A model generated the notes under the pieces. The model saw only the letters and a list, made by a program, of their open reading frames with translations. It searched no databases and was not told the DNA's origin. A stretch of DNA of 64,000 bases from Acidobacteriota bacterium (GTDB taxonomy: Bacteria; Acidobacteriota; CAIWXX01): assembly GCA_040755995.1 (NCBI GenBank), contig JBFMAF010000010.1, forward strand, positions 160,001 to 224,000, given 5' to 3'. Below, piece by piece: positions 36,132-46,284 of this stretch. The position numbers were made by a program, and so were the translations under genes. How positions within the stretch are numbered: position 1 is the stretch's first letter; each line of letters opens with the position of its first letter.

Positions 36132-37340
36132 CTACTCTACCGTCAACTTGTACAGCGCGATCCAGAGCTCGTAGTGGGGCGTGGGGGTCGAGCTGTAGAT
36201 GGCGTAGGCGACTGCGAGAGTGGAACTGGCTGGGTTCCAGGCGACGCCGGGTTGCTCGAGGTTGACCGAGTAGTCATCTGCGGCGGCCGGGACAGGGTCG
36301 CCGGCAGGTACACCTCGCTCGTCCAACAGCTGGATGTAGCAGTTGACGTAGCCGTTGAGATAGCAGGCGGCGAATTTTTCGGAGCCGCCGAGCGGAATGA
36401 TATTGAGGAACCCGGGTGTCTGCGCGCTGCTCGGGTATTTCCTGGGAGCGCCCTTGGGCTTGCCGGTCGAAAGGAGCGCCTGCGTGAATCCGACGGACTT
36501 GTTCTGGTTGACCCAGTGCCCGTAGACCGCAAGTCCGGATTCACCAAGGAACCCGCCGTAGGTTCTCATACTGTTGTCAAATGGCGAGTATTTCTTCTCG
36601 TAAGCAATACCGGCCCCGGGTGTTCCCAGGTCGCTCGGGACGGGAACTCCCACGGCGCGTGACTGCTCGGACTTGAGGTCGCGGCCCAGCGCGAGATAAC
36701 CGCCGGGCGCAGCCGTCACGCTGTCCACCACGAAATTGACCGGCGATTGAGTCAAAGGCACCGGCTCGGTCGCGAAGCGGCCGGATTCATCGAGCTGAGC
36801 GATATCGCTGGTGTCAGCGGAGTAGTATGCCAGGACGGCCCCAGTTGCGTCCCCTGCGACCAGGGCCGGGCCGTATCCACTGTAACGAGCGACCGCCAGT
36901 CCACCGATCACTCTGAGATTCGAGTCCAGCGCGCGGACAACCAGAAGGCTGTCGGATTCCCGAGTGCCCACTACGAGCACTCGCCCGCCTGCGGTCTGAC
37001 CTGCGACGAATCGCAGATATGGATAGAGTTTCGCGGTGATCAGGTTCTTGCGCACGGGCGTGGCAGGTTTACCATCCGGTTTCATCACGCGCCCGTAAGG
37101 GATGAGCGACTGGTAGTTCGAGCTGGACGCGTACCCCCAGACCGCGGCGAAGTTCCCACTCTGCAGAGGCACCAGGTGCGGGGCGATGTTGATCCCCTTC
37201 GGATCGCTTACTCTCGCACGAGCCACCAGTGTCTGCGCGTGAATCGGCTGAGACAACACGGCCATGCATAGACACATCGCCAGGCCGCTCAGGGCGTATC
37301 GTGCGACATCACGTCGTCTTGGCTCCAGTCGAACGTCCAC
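36132..37340 (-). CDS. Hypothetical secreted beta-rich protein
   Basis: RBS AAAGGAG before GTG 37340; signal-like segment ending PIHA; no recognised domain. Confidence 0.6.
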   Translation of the reverse strand: MDVRLEPRRRDVARYALSGLAMCLCMAVLSQPIHAQTLVARARVSDPKGINIAPHLVPLQSGNFAAVWGYASSSNYQSLIPYGRVMKPDGKPATPVRKNLITAKLYPYLRFVAGQTAGGRVLVVGTRESDSLLVVRALDSNLRVIGGLAVARYSGYGPALVAGDATGAVLAYYSADTSDIAQLDESGRFATEPVPLTQSPVNFVVDSVTAAPGGYLALGRDLKSEQSRAVGVPVPSDLGTPGAGIAYEKKYSPFDNSMRTYGGFLGESGLAVYGHWVNQNKSVGFTQALLSTGKPKGAPRKYPSSAQTPGFLNIIPLGGSEKFAACYLNGYVNCYIQLLDERGVPAGDPVPAAADDYSVNLEQPGVAWNPASSTLAVAYAIYSSTPTPHYELWIALYKLTVE

Positions 37341-37408
37341 GTGAGCTCTCCTTTCTTCGCGGCAAGGGAATCGCCGCCTCTCCACGTCATCCCGTCTACG
37401 CGTCTCCC

Positions 37409-38371
37409 CTACTTGCCCTTCGTCTCGCCCGGTTTGAAGATGTAGCTGTCCTTCTTGAGCTGCTCGATGTACTTGTCGATCTCGCCTTCCCGCTTTTCAT
37501 CCCTGAGTCTCAGCTCAATCGACTCCCTCACGTCGTCGAATTGCCGCAATGAGGCCTCCTGTCGTCCTTCGAGCTTGACGATTCGGCTGCCCTTCTCAGT
37601 CGTGAGCACCGGCGCGATCTGTCCGGGCGAAAGACCTTTCACGGCATCACTCAGGTCAGGGGCCAGATCCTTCTCTGCGATCCATCCGAGGTCTCCTCCC
37701 TGCGCTTTGCTCGGCGACTCCGAAACGGCTTGCGCAACTACGGAGAAATCTTCCCCGCCTGTGGTGACGCGTGCAAGCGTCTCGCCGGCTATGCTAGACG
37801 CCGCCTGCTGTCCCCTTCCCTCGGCCATCACGAAGATCTCCTTCAAGTTCACCTTCGCCTCGACCTGGAATTCATCGGGGTGGCTGGTGTAGTAGTCCAC
37901 CAACTCGGCCTCGGTCACCCGGATCTTGCTCTCCACCTCGCTCCCGATCAGCTTGTGCTTCAGGAGCTGCTCGCGCGCCCGCACCTTCCAACTCTCCAGG
38001 GTGAATCCCTCGGACGCGAGTGCCCGCTCGAGCTCCTCGTCAGTCTTGAGATTGTTCTCCTTCTTCAGGTTCTCGAGAATCTCGTTGATCTCGCTCTCGA
38101 CGTTGAACTCCTTGTCGCGGGCTTCCTGGAGAAGAAGCCGGTCTTCGATCATGGAGTCAAGCAGCTTGGTCTTGGCCTCGTTGAATTTCGTGTCGAGCTC
38201 GTCGCCCGAGTACCGCGTGGCCAGCGCTTTTCGGAGGCCCGCCTCGGCCTCCTGATACTCCGATCGCGTGATGGCATCGTTGTTCACGACTGCCACGATC
38301 TCCTCGACGATTCGCCCTTGGGCGTTGCACAGACAGGGCAGCAACATCAATACCACGATACATTCCTTCAT
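37409..38371 (-). CDS. SurA-like peptidyl-prolyl isomerase
   Basis: IVEEIVAVVNNDAIT (SurA_N), SESPSKAQGGDLGW. Confidence 0.88.
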   Translation of the reverse strand: MKECIVVLMLLPCLCNAQGRIVEEIVAVVNNDAITRSEYQEAEAGLRKALATRYSGDELDTKFNEAKTKLLDSMIEDRLLLQEARDKEFNVESEINEILENLKKENNLKTDEELERALASEGFTLESWKVRAREQLLKHKLIGSEVESKIRVTEAELVDYYTSHPDEFQVEAKVNLKEIFVMAEGRGQQAASSIAGETLARVTTGGEDFSVVAQAVSESPSKAQGGDLGWIAEKDLAPDLSDAVKGLSPGQIAPVLTTEKGSRIVKLEGRQEASLRQFDDVRESIELRLRDEKREGEIDKYIEQLKKDSYIFKPGETKGK

Positions 38372-39261
38372 TGGGTCTTCTCCTCCTGATAGTCGAACCC
38401 CAAGTTCTTCTGGATTATCCTGAGATGGAGCTCGCTCCGCCTCTCCTTCAACCACTCCTGCACACGCGCCTTGATCTTCGTCTCGAGGAGATCCCTCGTG
38501 ATATCGCCCCTGGCGGCTTCGAGGGACAAGGTGCTCTGAGGGAGCCTGGCTTCGAGCATGAAAACATGGAACCCGAATTTCGTCTGAACGACCGGGCTGA
38601 TCTCGCCCGGCTTGAGTCCGATGATCGCATCCTCGATCTCGGGCGGGAGCTGTCCCGGACGCCGCGTGCCCATGTCGCCGCCGAGCGACGCGCTCAGCCC
38701 CTTGCTCTGTTGCCTGGCTCGTTCCGCAAAGGCCTCCGTCCCCTTCCCGACCAGCTCGCGCCGCACCTTCTCCGCCTCCGCCTGATCATGCACCAGAATC
38801 TCGCGCGCATGGAACCCTTCAGGCAGACTGTACTGCTCCAAGTGGCTACGGTAATAGTCGGCCACCTCCTGGTCGCCGACACTCACCCCGCGGGCCAGGT
38901 ACAGGTTGATGAACTTGTCGATGAGCAGATCCTGCTTGAGCTTCTCGAGCCACGGCTGGCCGGGCGCGTACTGCTGATCCTTCTGCTGGAGACGTGCCAG
39001 CACGGCCTCGAGGTCCCCTGGTCTCAGCTCGATCCTCTTCTCCTGGATTGATACCGCGTAGATTTTCTCATCAATGTACTTGTCCAGCAGGCGACTGAGC
39101 ACTTCGGAGGAGCTCTTGAGAGGTTCCTCCGATCCCAACCGCACCTTCAGGTATTGCTCGAACTCCGGCATGTAGTAGCGTTGGGCCCCGAGAACGAATA
39201 TGGCCCTCTCCGTCCTGCAGCAGGCCGCAACCACGAGAAGCGCGATCCAGAAACGTCTCAT
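38368..39261 (-). CDS. Parvulin-type peptidyl-prolyl isomerase
   Basis: HAREILV…GGDMG…GEISPVVQTKFGFHVF. Confidence 0.87.
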   Translation of the reverse strand: MRRFWIALLVVAACCRTERAIFVLGAQRYYMPEFEQYLKVRLGSEEPLKSSSEVLSRLLDKYIDEKIYAVSIQEKRIELRPGDLEAVLARLQQKDQQYAPGQPWLEKLKQDLLIDKFINLYLARGVSVGDQEVADYYRSHLEQYSLPEGFHAREILVHDQAEAEKVRRELVGKGTEAFAERARQQSKGLSASLGGDMGTRRPGQLPPEIEDAIIGLKPGEISPVVQTKFGFHVFMLEARLPQSTLSLEAARGDITRDLLETKIKARVQEWLKERRSELHLRIIQKNLGFDYQEEKTQ

Positions 39262-39547
39262 CTCACCTAACAGTATTACCCTACCGGGGGCAGAGAGGCA
39301 ATTCGCCCGCGATCATGAGGCATCGTTCTCGCACTTGTCGGACATCTGATTGTCTCTCTGGAGCACGGCGAGGGCTACGCCAACGGCAACATTCCAGGTT
39401 GTCGGCTCAGTGAAACCGCGCAGGCCAGGTCAAACCCCGGAAATCGTGGATGCACCCCCGCCCGATGACGGGCTACTACGCGCGCTGCTACTATGTTAGG
39501 ATATCGTCGTACGACGGCCGGACTCATTCCGGTGATGGTGATGAGAG

Positions 39548-41128
39548 ATGAGGAAGCTGGTTGTAGTGTGCATCGCCCTGGCGCTGGCCGGATGCCATAG
39601 GGGCACGAAGCAGGACCAAACAACGGAGGCTCCACCCATCCCGCGCTCCTTCACGATGCTATTCGAGGAGCCCGGCGCGATCGATCCGGCATTCGTCGAG
39701 GACGCGTACGCGGGCAACATCGTCTCTCAGGTCTTCGACGGGCTGGTCGCAGTCGACGAGAATCTGAACATCGTGCCGGAGATCGCGCAGTCATGGCAGG
39801 TGTCTCCGGACAGGCACACGTTGACATTCGAGATCCGGGCCGACGCCCGTTTCCACAACGGCCGCACCATCACGGCCGACGATTTCGTTTACAGTTTTAC
39901 CAGGCTCGTCGAGCCAGGGGCGGACAAGCAGAGCATCGGCGCCGAGTATCTCCGTGACGTCGTTGGGGTCGATGAATTCATGGCGGGTCGCGCAAGCTCG
40001 GTACGCGGCCTGCAAGCCGAGGATGCGTTGCACCTCCGAATCGAGCTCAAGGTGCCGAACTCGACGCTTCTCGCGGCGATGGCGATGCCGAACTTCAAGG
40101 TGGTCCCGCGCGAGGCGGTCGGGCCGGACTTCGCGTCGAAGCCGGTCGGCTCGGGGCCGTTCGAGTTCGAGTCGTGGGAGAGGGGCAGGCAGATCACCCT
40201 CAAGGCGAACAAAGGATACTACCGAGGGACGCCGAAGCTGGACAGAATTGCGTTTCTGCTGATGCGGCCGACGAGCACGCGTGAGGAATTGGGGATGTTC
40301 CTGGACGGCCGCCTGCAGTTCCTGCAGGCCGTGGGCGAAGACGCGTCCTTTCTCGCGAACCGGCACTACAATGTGATCCGGCAGACGGAGCTCTCGGTGC
40401 ACTTCCTCGGCTTCAACTGCACGACACCGCCGTTCGACGACGCCCGCGTGCGAAGGGCGGTGGCCCACTCGATTCGCTACGACCGGCTCTCGGTCATCGA
40501 ACCTCTCACTTACGCGCCTGCCGGCGGCGTCATCCCGCCGGGCTTGGCGGGATACTCGCCCAAGGAGCGCCCCTATCGCTATGACCCGGTGACGGCTGTC
40601 CGCCTGCTGGCGGAAGCCGGCTATTCGACGGGCCAGCTCGACAGGGACATCGACTACCCGTCCAGCACCGGTGTCACGGGCGTCGGCCGGCAGACGGACA
40701 TTCTGATCGAAGAGGATCTTGCCAAGATCGGTCTGCGGCTGAGGGAGAGGTACGTACCGTGGTTCGAGTTCAACCGGATGGTGAACGAGGGCAAGCTGCC
40801 CGTGTTCCGTTTGTCCTGGGCCGCCGACGTGCCGGACACATCCTCGGTCTTGTACTCGTTGTTCTTCTCTCGGGCGATCAACAACATGTTCCGATATCGA
40901 AGTTCCGATATCGATCGGCTGCTCCAGCGTGCGATGGGCGAATTCGATGAACCCGGACGGTCCGAGGCTTATGCAAAGGCCGAGGCGGCGATACTTCATG
41001 ACGCTCCACTCATCCCGCTGGACTTCGGCTGCTTCAACTATGCATTCCAGCCGTACGTGCGCGGCGTGCGCCTCAACGCATACGGGATTGCGGACATGGC
41101 GCTGGAGCGGATCTGGTACGAGCGCTGA
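39548..41128 (+). CDS. ABC transporter substrate-binding lipoprotein, family 5 (peptide/nickel)
   Basis: LAGC lipobox; VFDGLV…IAQSW…FHNG…DFVYSF; PVGSGPF. Confidence 0.92.
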   Translation: MRKLVVVCIALALAGCHRGTKQDQTTEAPPIPRSFTMLFEEPGAIDPAFVEDAYAGNIVSQVFDGLVAVDENLNIVPEIAQSWQVSPDRHTLTFEIRADARFHNGRTITADDFVYSFTRLVEPGADKQSIGAEYLRDVVGVDEFMAGRASSVRGLQAEDALHLRIELKVPNSTLLAAMAMPNFKVVPREAVGPDFASKPVGSGPFEFESWERGRQITLKANKGYYRGTPKLDRIAFLLMRPTSTREELGMFLDGRLQFLQAVGEDASFLANRHYNVIRQTELSVHFLGFNCTTPPFDDARVRRAVAHSIRYDRLSVIEPLTYAPAGGVIPPGLAGYSPKERPYRYDPVTAVRLLAEAGYSTGQLDRDIDYPSSTGVTGVGRQTDILIEEDLAKIGLRLRERYVPWFEFNRMVNEGKLPVFRLSWAADVPDTSSVLYSLFFSRAINNMFRYRSSDIDRLLQRAMGEFDEPGRSEAYAKAEAAILHDAPLIPLDFGCFNYAFQPYVRGVRLNAYGIADMALERIWYER

Positions 41129-41298
41129 ACCGACGCAGCCCGACCTCCGGCGCGCAGACTGGCCGTCTTCCTCGCTGCCGCCTCCTGCCGCTGGCTGATT
41201 TGATATAATCCACCGGCGATGAGGAAGCCTCGGTCGTTTCTTGCGGTGCGACACCCCACCGCGCTTCGGGCCCCCAGCTAAACCGGAGACAAGGACCT

Positions 41299-42564
41299 AT
41301 GCAGAATGCTGTTGCTATCATACTCGGCGGCGGGAAGGGAACGCGGCTCCATCCCCTTACGAAGGACCGATCAAAGCCCGCGGTGCCGATAGGTGGCAAG
41401 TACCGGCTGATCGACATTCCAATAAGCAACTGCCTCAATTCGAACATCAACCGGATCTACGTCGTGACGCAGTACCTGTCCTCCAGCCTGCACAGGCACA
41501 TCAACCAGACGTTCAAGTTCGACTACTTTGGCGCCGGTTTCGTGGAGATACTGGCCGCCGAGCAGACCGCCGAGACGATGGACTGGTACCGGGGTACAGC
41601 CGACGCCGTGCGCCGCAACCTGAAGCACATCTTCGGAAGCCGCAGCGACTACGTACTGATTCTGGGCGGCGACCAGCTGTACCGCATGGATTTCCAGGAA
41701 GTGATCCGCTATCACGCCGAGAAGAAGGCGGACATCACAGTCGCCGTGCTGCCGGTGGAGGAGTCGCGGACCTCGGGGCTGGGCATCCTCAAGCCCGACG
41801 CCGACCTCCGTATCGTCGACTTCCTGGAGAAGCCTGATGCGTCGATGTTGGATGGATTCGAGACCGTTCACCCGGCGTTCGAGAAGGCGTCCGGCCGCAG
41901 GTACCTCGCCAGCATGGGCATCTACCTTTTCAGCCACGATGTGCTTGTCGAGCTGCTGACGAGCATGGTGGAGGATGATTTCGGGACGCACATCATCCCT
42001 GCGTCGCTCGCGAAGTACAAGGTGTTTGGCTTTCCGTTCAACGACTACTGGGAGGACATCGGGACGATCCGCACGTTCTTCAAGGCCAACCTGGACCTGG
42101 CGATTCCGGACCCGCCGTTCAGTTTCTATCGGGTTACCGCCCCGATTTACAGCCACCCAAGGTTCTTGCCCTGTTCCAAGTTCATAGACTGCGACATGCG
42201 CGAGACGCTGCTGGCTGAGGGCTGCCTGGTTCGCAGGGCCCGCATACTTCACTCGGTAATCGGCATCCGGTCGATCATTGGAGAGGGGTCCACGATCGAG
42301 CACACTCTGATGATGGGGGCCGACTACTACGAGAGCCCGGCCGATCGCGAGGCGAATCACAGGCGAGGTATCCCGGACGTAGGCATAGGGCAAGACTGCA
42401 ACATCAGCAACGCGATCATCGACAAGAACGCGCGCATCGGCAAGAACGTGGTTATCTCGAACCCAAGGAAGCTCGATTCATTCGACGGAAGGAACTACTA
42501 CATCCGCGATTCGGTCGTTATCATTCCGAAGAACGCAATAATAGACGACGGCACCGAGATCTGA
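41299..42564 (+). CDS. glgC: Glucose-1-phosphate adenylyltransferase
   Basis: GGGKGTRLHPLTKDRSKPAVP, GTADAVR, FLEKP, YWEDIGTI. Confidence 0.97.
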   Translation: MQNAVAIILGGGKGTRLHPLTKDRSKPAVPIGGKYRLIDIPISNCLNSNINRIYVVTQYLSSSLHRHINQTFKFDYFGAGFVEILAAEQTAETMDWYRGTADAVRRNLKHIFGSRSDYVLILGGDQLYRMDFQEVIRYHAEKKADITVAVLPVEESRTSGLGILKPDADLRIVDFLEKPDASMLDGFETVHPAFEKASGRRYLASMGIYLFSHDVLVELLTSMVEDDFGTHIIPASLAKYKVFGFPFNDYWEDIGTIRTFFKANLDLAIPDPPFSFYRVTAPIYSHPRFLPCSKFIDCDMRETLLAEGCLVRRARILHSVIGIRSIIGEGSTIEHTLMMGADYYESPADREANHRRGIPDVGIGQDCNISNAIIDKNARIGKNVVISNPRKLDSFDGRNYYIRDSVVIIPKNAIIDDGTEI

Positions 42565-42778
42565 GACGATCCTGCACGGACTCCGGACCCAACTGCGTTG
42601 TGGAGTGGACGCGGGGACGCGGGGACGCGGCGAGGGGGCGAAAAGGCGCTGCCGCTCTCGTCTGATCGACATCGCGCCGCCGCAATGGCGTGCCGACGGG
42701 ATCAGCCACAGCTCGGATTGCGCGCGATCCGACCTTTTGATAGATTGTATGAAGAAGATGTGCCGAGGAGAGACAAAC

Positions 42779-43783
42779 ATGAGATTAGTTGACATGGTGC
42801 TGATGATTGCGCTGTCTGTTCCCACCATGGCGTGGGGGCAGACAGGTGATGTTGCCGCCGGGCCCAAGCCCGTGATCTACTGCGCGCAGCCTAAGTTCGA
42901 CTTCGGGAATCTTATCCAGGGCAAGTCCGTCGAACACACGTTCGTGCTTCAGAACAAGGGTGACGCGACTCTGAAGATCATGAGCGTGAACCCGAGCTGC
43001 GGTTGCACGGCGGCCCTTGTTTCGCAGAACGCGGTCGAGCCCGGGCAGACCAGTGAGATCAAGGCCAAGTTCGACTCGGGCCGGTTCCGGGGCCCCGTTC
43101 ACAAGACCATCAGCGTGAGCAGCAACGATCCAGCGTCGCCGCAGATCACTCTGGAGCTCACAGGCACCGTCGTTCGTCTCTACGAGACCGTACCGGATGG
43201 TGGTGTGAGCTTCGGGGATGTGAACAAGAGTTCCAGTTTCGAAACTCAGGTAACCGTGCGCGGCATGGAAGGCCGGAAGCCTGTTGTATCATCGGTGGCG
43301 GTCGAGAACGACTCGTCGTTCGATGCGACCTTCGCGAAGAAGCCGAACAGCGACGAATACCTGGTGACGTTGAGACTCAAGCCGGAGAGCCAGCCGCACC
43401 GGGTCACCGGCAACCTCGTTATCAACCTCAATGACCCCGACAATCCTAAGCTGGTTGTTCCCCTGATCGGCCAGATCGTCGGCGATCTCGTGTTCTTCCC
43501 GCCGCAGATCAACTTCGGCAGACTCAAGCCGCTGGACAACATGAGGGGCAAGGTCCTGGTGACGATCTACAATCCTGCCGTCAAGGTCGAAGCGGTCGAG
43601 ACGGAACCGCCTGTGTTTGTCGCCACCGTGAGCTCCGGCACGAAGCCTCGCACGGAGATCACGATCCAGATCAAAGAGGGGGCGCCCGCGGGAGATGTGA
43701 AGGGCACGGTCAAGATCCACACGACGAGCAAGGAGCAGCCGCTCATCACAATCCCCTTGTCCGGCACGATCGTTGCCCAGTAG
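42779..43783 (+). CDS. DUF1573-domain exported protein (Ig-like repeats)
   Basis: FDFG…HTFVLQNKGDATLKI…PSCGCT…VEPGQ. Confidence 0.85.
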   Translation: MRLVDMVLMIALSVPTMAWGQTGDVAAGPKPVIYCAQPKFDFGNLIQGKSVEHTFVLQNKGDATLKIMSVNPSCGCTAALVSQNAVEPGQTSEIKAKFDSGRFRGPVHKTISVSSNDPASPQITLELTGTVVRLYETVPDGGVSFGDVNKSSSFETQVTVRGMEGRKPVVSSVAVENDSSFDATFAKKPNSDEYLVTLRLKPESQPHRVTGNLVINLNDPDNPKLVVPLIGQIVGDLVFFPPQINFGRLKPLDNMRGKVLVTIYNPAVKVEAVETEPPVFVATVSSGTKPRTEITIQIKEGAPAGDVKGTVKIHTTSKEQPLITIPLSGTIVAQ

Positions 43784-44026
43784 CACGGCTTTCTCGACGC
43801 CGGCCTGCCCGCGAGGATCCGGCCATTCGAGGGAACGGGCGAGGGGGCTGAGAGAGGACCTGCGAGACTGCCGCTCGGGCGGCCGCCCAGCCTCTGTGCC
43901 CGCCTGATTGCCCGGGTGAGACGCAGTAGGCGGGTCTCCGTCTCGCCTGCCCCCATCTCAGCCGGCCCCGCGCACCGTCACGAGAGAGACCCGATTGCTG
44001 CCGCGCGGCGTGTCGCGAGCACGGCG

Positions 44027-44446
44027 CTAAGCGGGCAGCCCGTCCAGAGCGTAGTCGGCCACCTCCGGGCTGTCGCGATCGTCCGCATTCAACGTCGCCG
44101 GCGCGTCGCCCGTGCCCTTGCGGCCCAGCATCAGCATCCCTTGCATGATGACCTCAGTTATGTACGCTGTGCCGCCGTTTCTGTCCTTGTAGTTGCGGGT
44201 CGACAGGCGCCCCTGGACGAAAACCTGCTTCCCCTTGTGCAGGTAGGCCCGCACTGTCTCGGCGATGGGCCCGTAGGCGACGATCCTATGCCATTCGGTC
44301 CTGGTCTCTACGCCGCCGGCCTGGTTTTTCCAGCGCATGTTGGTAGCGAGCGTGAAGTTGGCTGCAACCCGCCCGCTCGGAAGCTGCTTCACGTCCGGCT
44401 CCCTGCCGACGTTTCCGATCAGCATCACCACATTCAAGCCATTCAT
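44027..44446 (-). CDS. ssb: Single-stranded DNA-binding protein (short, atypical C-terminus)
   Basis: NVVMLIGNVGREPD…TEWHRIV…KGKQVFVQGRL; ends LDGLPA. Confidence 0.9.
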   Translation of the reverse strand: MNGLNVVMLIGNVGREPDVKQLPSGRVAANFTLATNMRWKNQAGGVETRTEWHRIVAYGPIAETVRAYLHKGKQVFVQGRLSTRNYKDRNGGTAYITEVIMQGMLMLGRKGTGDAPATLNADDRDSPEVADYALDGLPA

Positions 44447-44458
44447 CTCATGCCTCCT

Positions 44459-45490
44459 TTACTCGCCGCACGCCTTCGGCCGGGGCTCGCTGTTGCTCTC
44501 CCTCATGGCGGCGGCAATCTGTTGAACGACCGTTGGGTTGGCACGCAGAAACTTCCTCGCGTTCTCCCTCCCGTTTCCCAGCCGTGTTCCGTTCCAGGCG
44601 TACCAGAACCCGCTTTTCTCGATGACCCCGGACTCGACACCCCGATCCAGTAGATCGCTCTCGATCGAGAACCCCTCCCCAAAGAGCAGCTCGACTTCAG
44701 CCTCTCGGAACGGCGGCGCGAGCTTGTTCTTGACCACCTTGATGCGAGTTCGATTCCCGACCATCGACTCCCCGTCCTTGATCGCCTGGCCGCGCCTCAC
44801 CTCGATGCGCAACGAGGCGTAGAACTTCAGCGCGCGACCACCTGTGGTGGTCTCGGGATTGCCGAACATCTGGCCGATCTTCTCGCGCAGCTGATTTATG
44901 AAGATCAGGCACGTGTTGCTCCTCGCCACGACGGCCGTGAGCTTCCGCATCGCCTGACTCATGAGCCTCGCCTGCAGCCCTACTTGCGCGTCGCCCATCT
45001 CGCCTTCGAGCTCCGCCCGTGGCGCAAGCGCCGCAACCGAGTCCACCACACAGACGTCGACCCCCTGGCTTCGCACCAGGATGTCCACGATCTCGAGCGC
45101 CTGTTCACCACAGTCAGGCTGCGAGAGCAGCAGGTTTTCGCAATCGACGCCGAGGCGTCTGGCATAGTCCGGCGCCAACGCATGCTCGGCGTCCACAAAG
45201 ACGCAGACGCCCTTGCCGGCCTGTGATTGTGCGACAACGTGAAGGGCCAGGGTCGTCTTGCCGGATGATTCCTGACCGAACACCTCGACGATTCGCCCGC
45301 GCGGAAACCCGCCGACGCCGATGGCCTCGTCAATCGACAAGACTCCTGTGGGAATGACGTCAACGGGATCGAAAGCGGACTGCTGCCCAAGCCGCATGAT
45401 CGAGCCCTTGCCGAACTGCTTCTCTATCTGCGCCATCGCCGCTTCGAACGATCTCGTTCTGAGCTCCATTTCCTTTTCTGAAATCACCAT
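44459..45490 (-). CDS. recA: Recombinase A
   Basis: [46 protein letters not shown]. Confidence 0.97.
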   Translation of the reverse strand: MVISEKEMELRTRSFEAAMAQIEKQFGKGSIMRLGQQSAFDPVDVIPTGVLSIDEAIGVGGFPRGRIVEVFGQESSGKTTLALHVVAQSQAGKGVCVFVDAEHALAPDYARRLGVDCENLLLSQPDCGEQALEIVDILVRSQGVDVCVVDSVAALAPRAELEGEMGDAQVGLQARLMSQAMRKLTAVVARSNTCLIFINQLREKIGQMFGNPETTTGGRALKFYASLRIEVRRGQAIKDGESMVGNRTRIKVVKNKLAPPFREAEVELLFGEGFSIESDLLDRGVESGVIEKSGFWYAWNGTRLGNGRENARKFLRANPTVVQQIAAAMRESNSEPRPKACGE

Positions 45491-45568
45491 CTGTTTGTCT
45501 CTCCGTTGCTGAGCGGCCGTTCAGCCTGCTCTCATTCGAGTCGGGTCTCACGGCGCGCCCGAAGCCTG

Positions 45569-45595
45569 GAGGCCCGCCCGCTACGGGCGGGCCTC
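45569..45595. other. Perfect 12-bp hairpin between comEA and recA (no U-tract)
   Basis: gaggcccgcccg-cta-cgggcgggcctc. Confidence 0.6.
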
Positions 45596-45622
45596 GAGAA
45601 CCCTCTACTTCCCGTTCCGGCC

Positions 45623-45952
45623 CTATTTCGCCGGCGCCGGTGCCGCCGCAGGAGAAACGCAAATCTGACTCTTTATCTCAAGGTAGATCTTCTCCCCGAT
45701 GCCCGAGACCTTCATGAGCTCTTCTGTGGTCTTGAATGCGCCGTTCTTGTTGCGGTAGTCCACGATCTTCTGGGCGATCTTCTCCCCGATGCGCGGAAGC
45801 GTGGCCAGTTCAGGAACGCCCGCCGAGTTGATGTTGACCTTGCCATCGGGCGCTTTCGCGGCGTCGGCCGTGAGGGCCACAGGTGCCAGGAATGCGATCA
45901 CGAACGCGATGAGCCCTGCCAGAGCCGTGATGCGGAGAACTGTTCCAAACAT
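45623..45952 (-). CDS. comEA: ComEA-family helix-hairpin-helix DNA receptor, exported
   Basis: Signal peptide; KVNINSA…LATLPRIGEKIAQKIVDYR…LMKVSGIG. Confidence 0.9.
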   Translation of the reverse strand: MFGTVLRITALAGLIAFVIAFLAPVALTADAAKAPDGKVNINSAGVPELATLPRIGEKIAQKIVDYRNKNGAFKTTEELMKVSGIGEKIYLEIKSQICVSPAAAPAPAK

Positions 45953-46061
45953 GATTCTGTCCTTTCTTTGAAAAATGGTTCAACGTACCTCGTGCCCTAA
46001 CCTCTTGCCTCCAGCTCTATCTCCTGCTCTTTCCATCACCTCCTTTCATCCGAATACCTTC

Positions 46062-46076
46062 GCGGGAACCATGCCA
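46062..46076 (-). promoter_or_regulatory. Candidate sigma54 promoter (TGGCA-TGGTTCCC-GC) for comEA-recA-ssb
   Basis: GG-N10-GC spacing with TGGCA at -24; -12 element imperfect. Confidence 0.4.
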
Positions 46077-46140
46077 GGGCGGCAGGGTGCCAAGCGACTG
46101 ATTCCACGGGGCCACTCCCCTCGGACCCTTTCGGCGGCGC

Positions 46141-46243
46141 GTCAACACCAGTTGTCATCGCCCCACGGAGTCAGCGAACCTGCTTCCTTTTCAATGGGTT
46201 GAGCGGGCGTCAACGACCGTTGACACGGTCAACATCAGTTGAC
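46141..46243. promoter_or_regulatory. Three GTCAAC-N4-GTTGAC palindromes
   Basis: 46141-46156 (one mismatch), 46209-46224 and 46228-46243 (perfect). Confidence 0.65.
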
Positions 46244-46284
46244 TTTCCCCGGTGCAGGCAATATCTTGATAGGCGAATACTGCT

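Noticed and set aside
45569..45595. Intrinsic terminator after comEA
   Set aside because: Strong stem but no U-tract on either strand; kept only as a hairpin.
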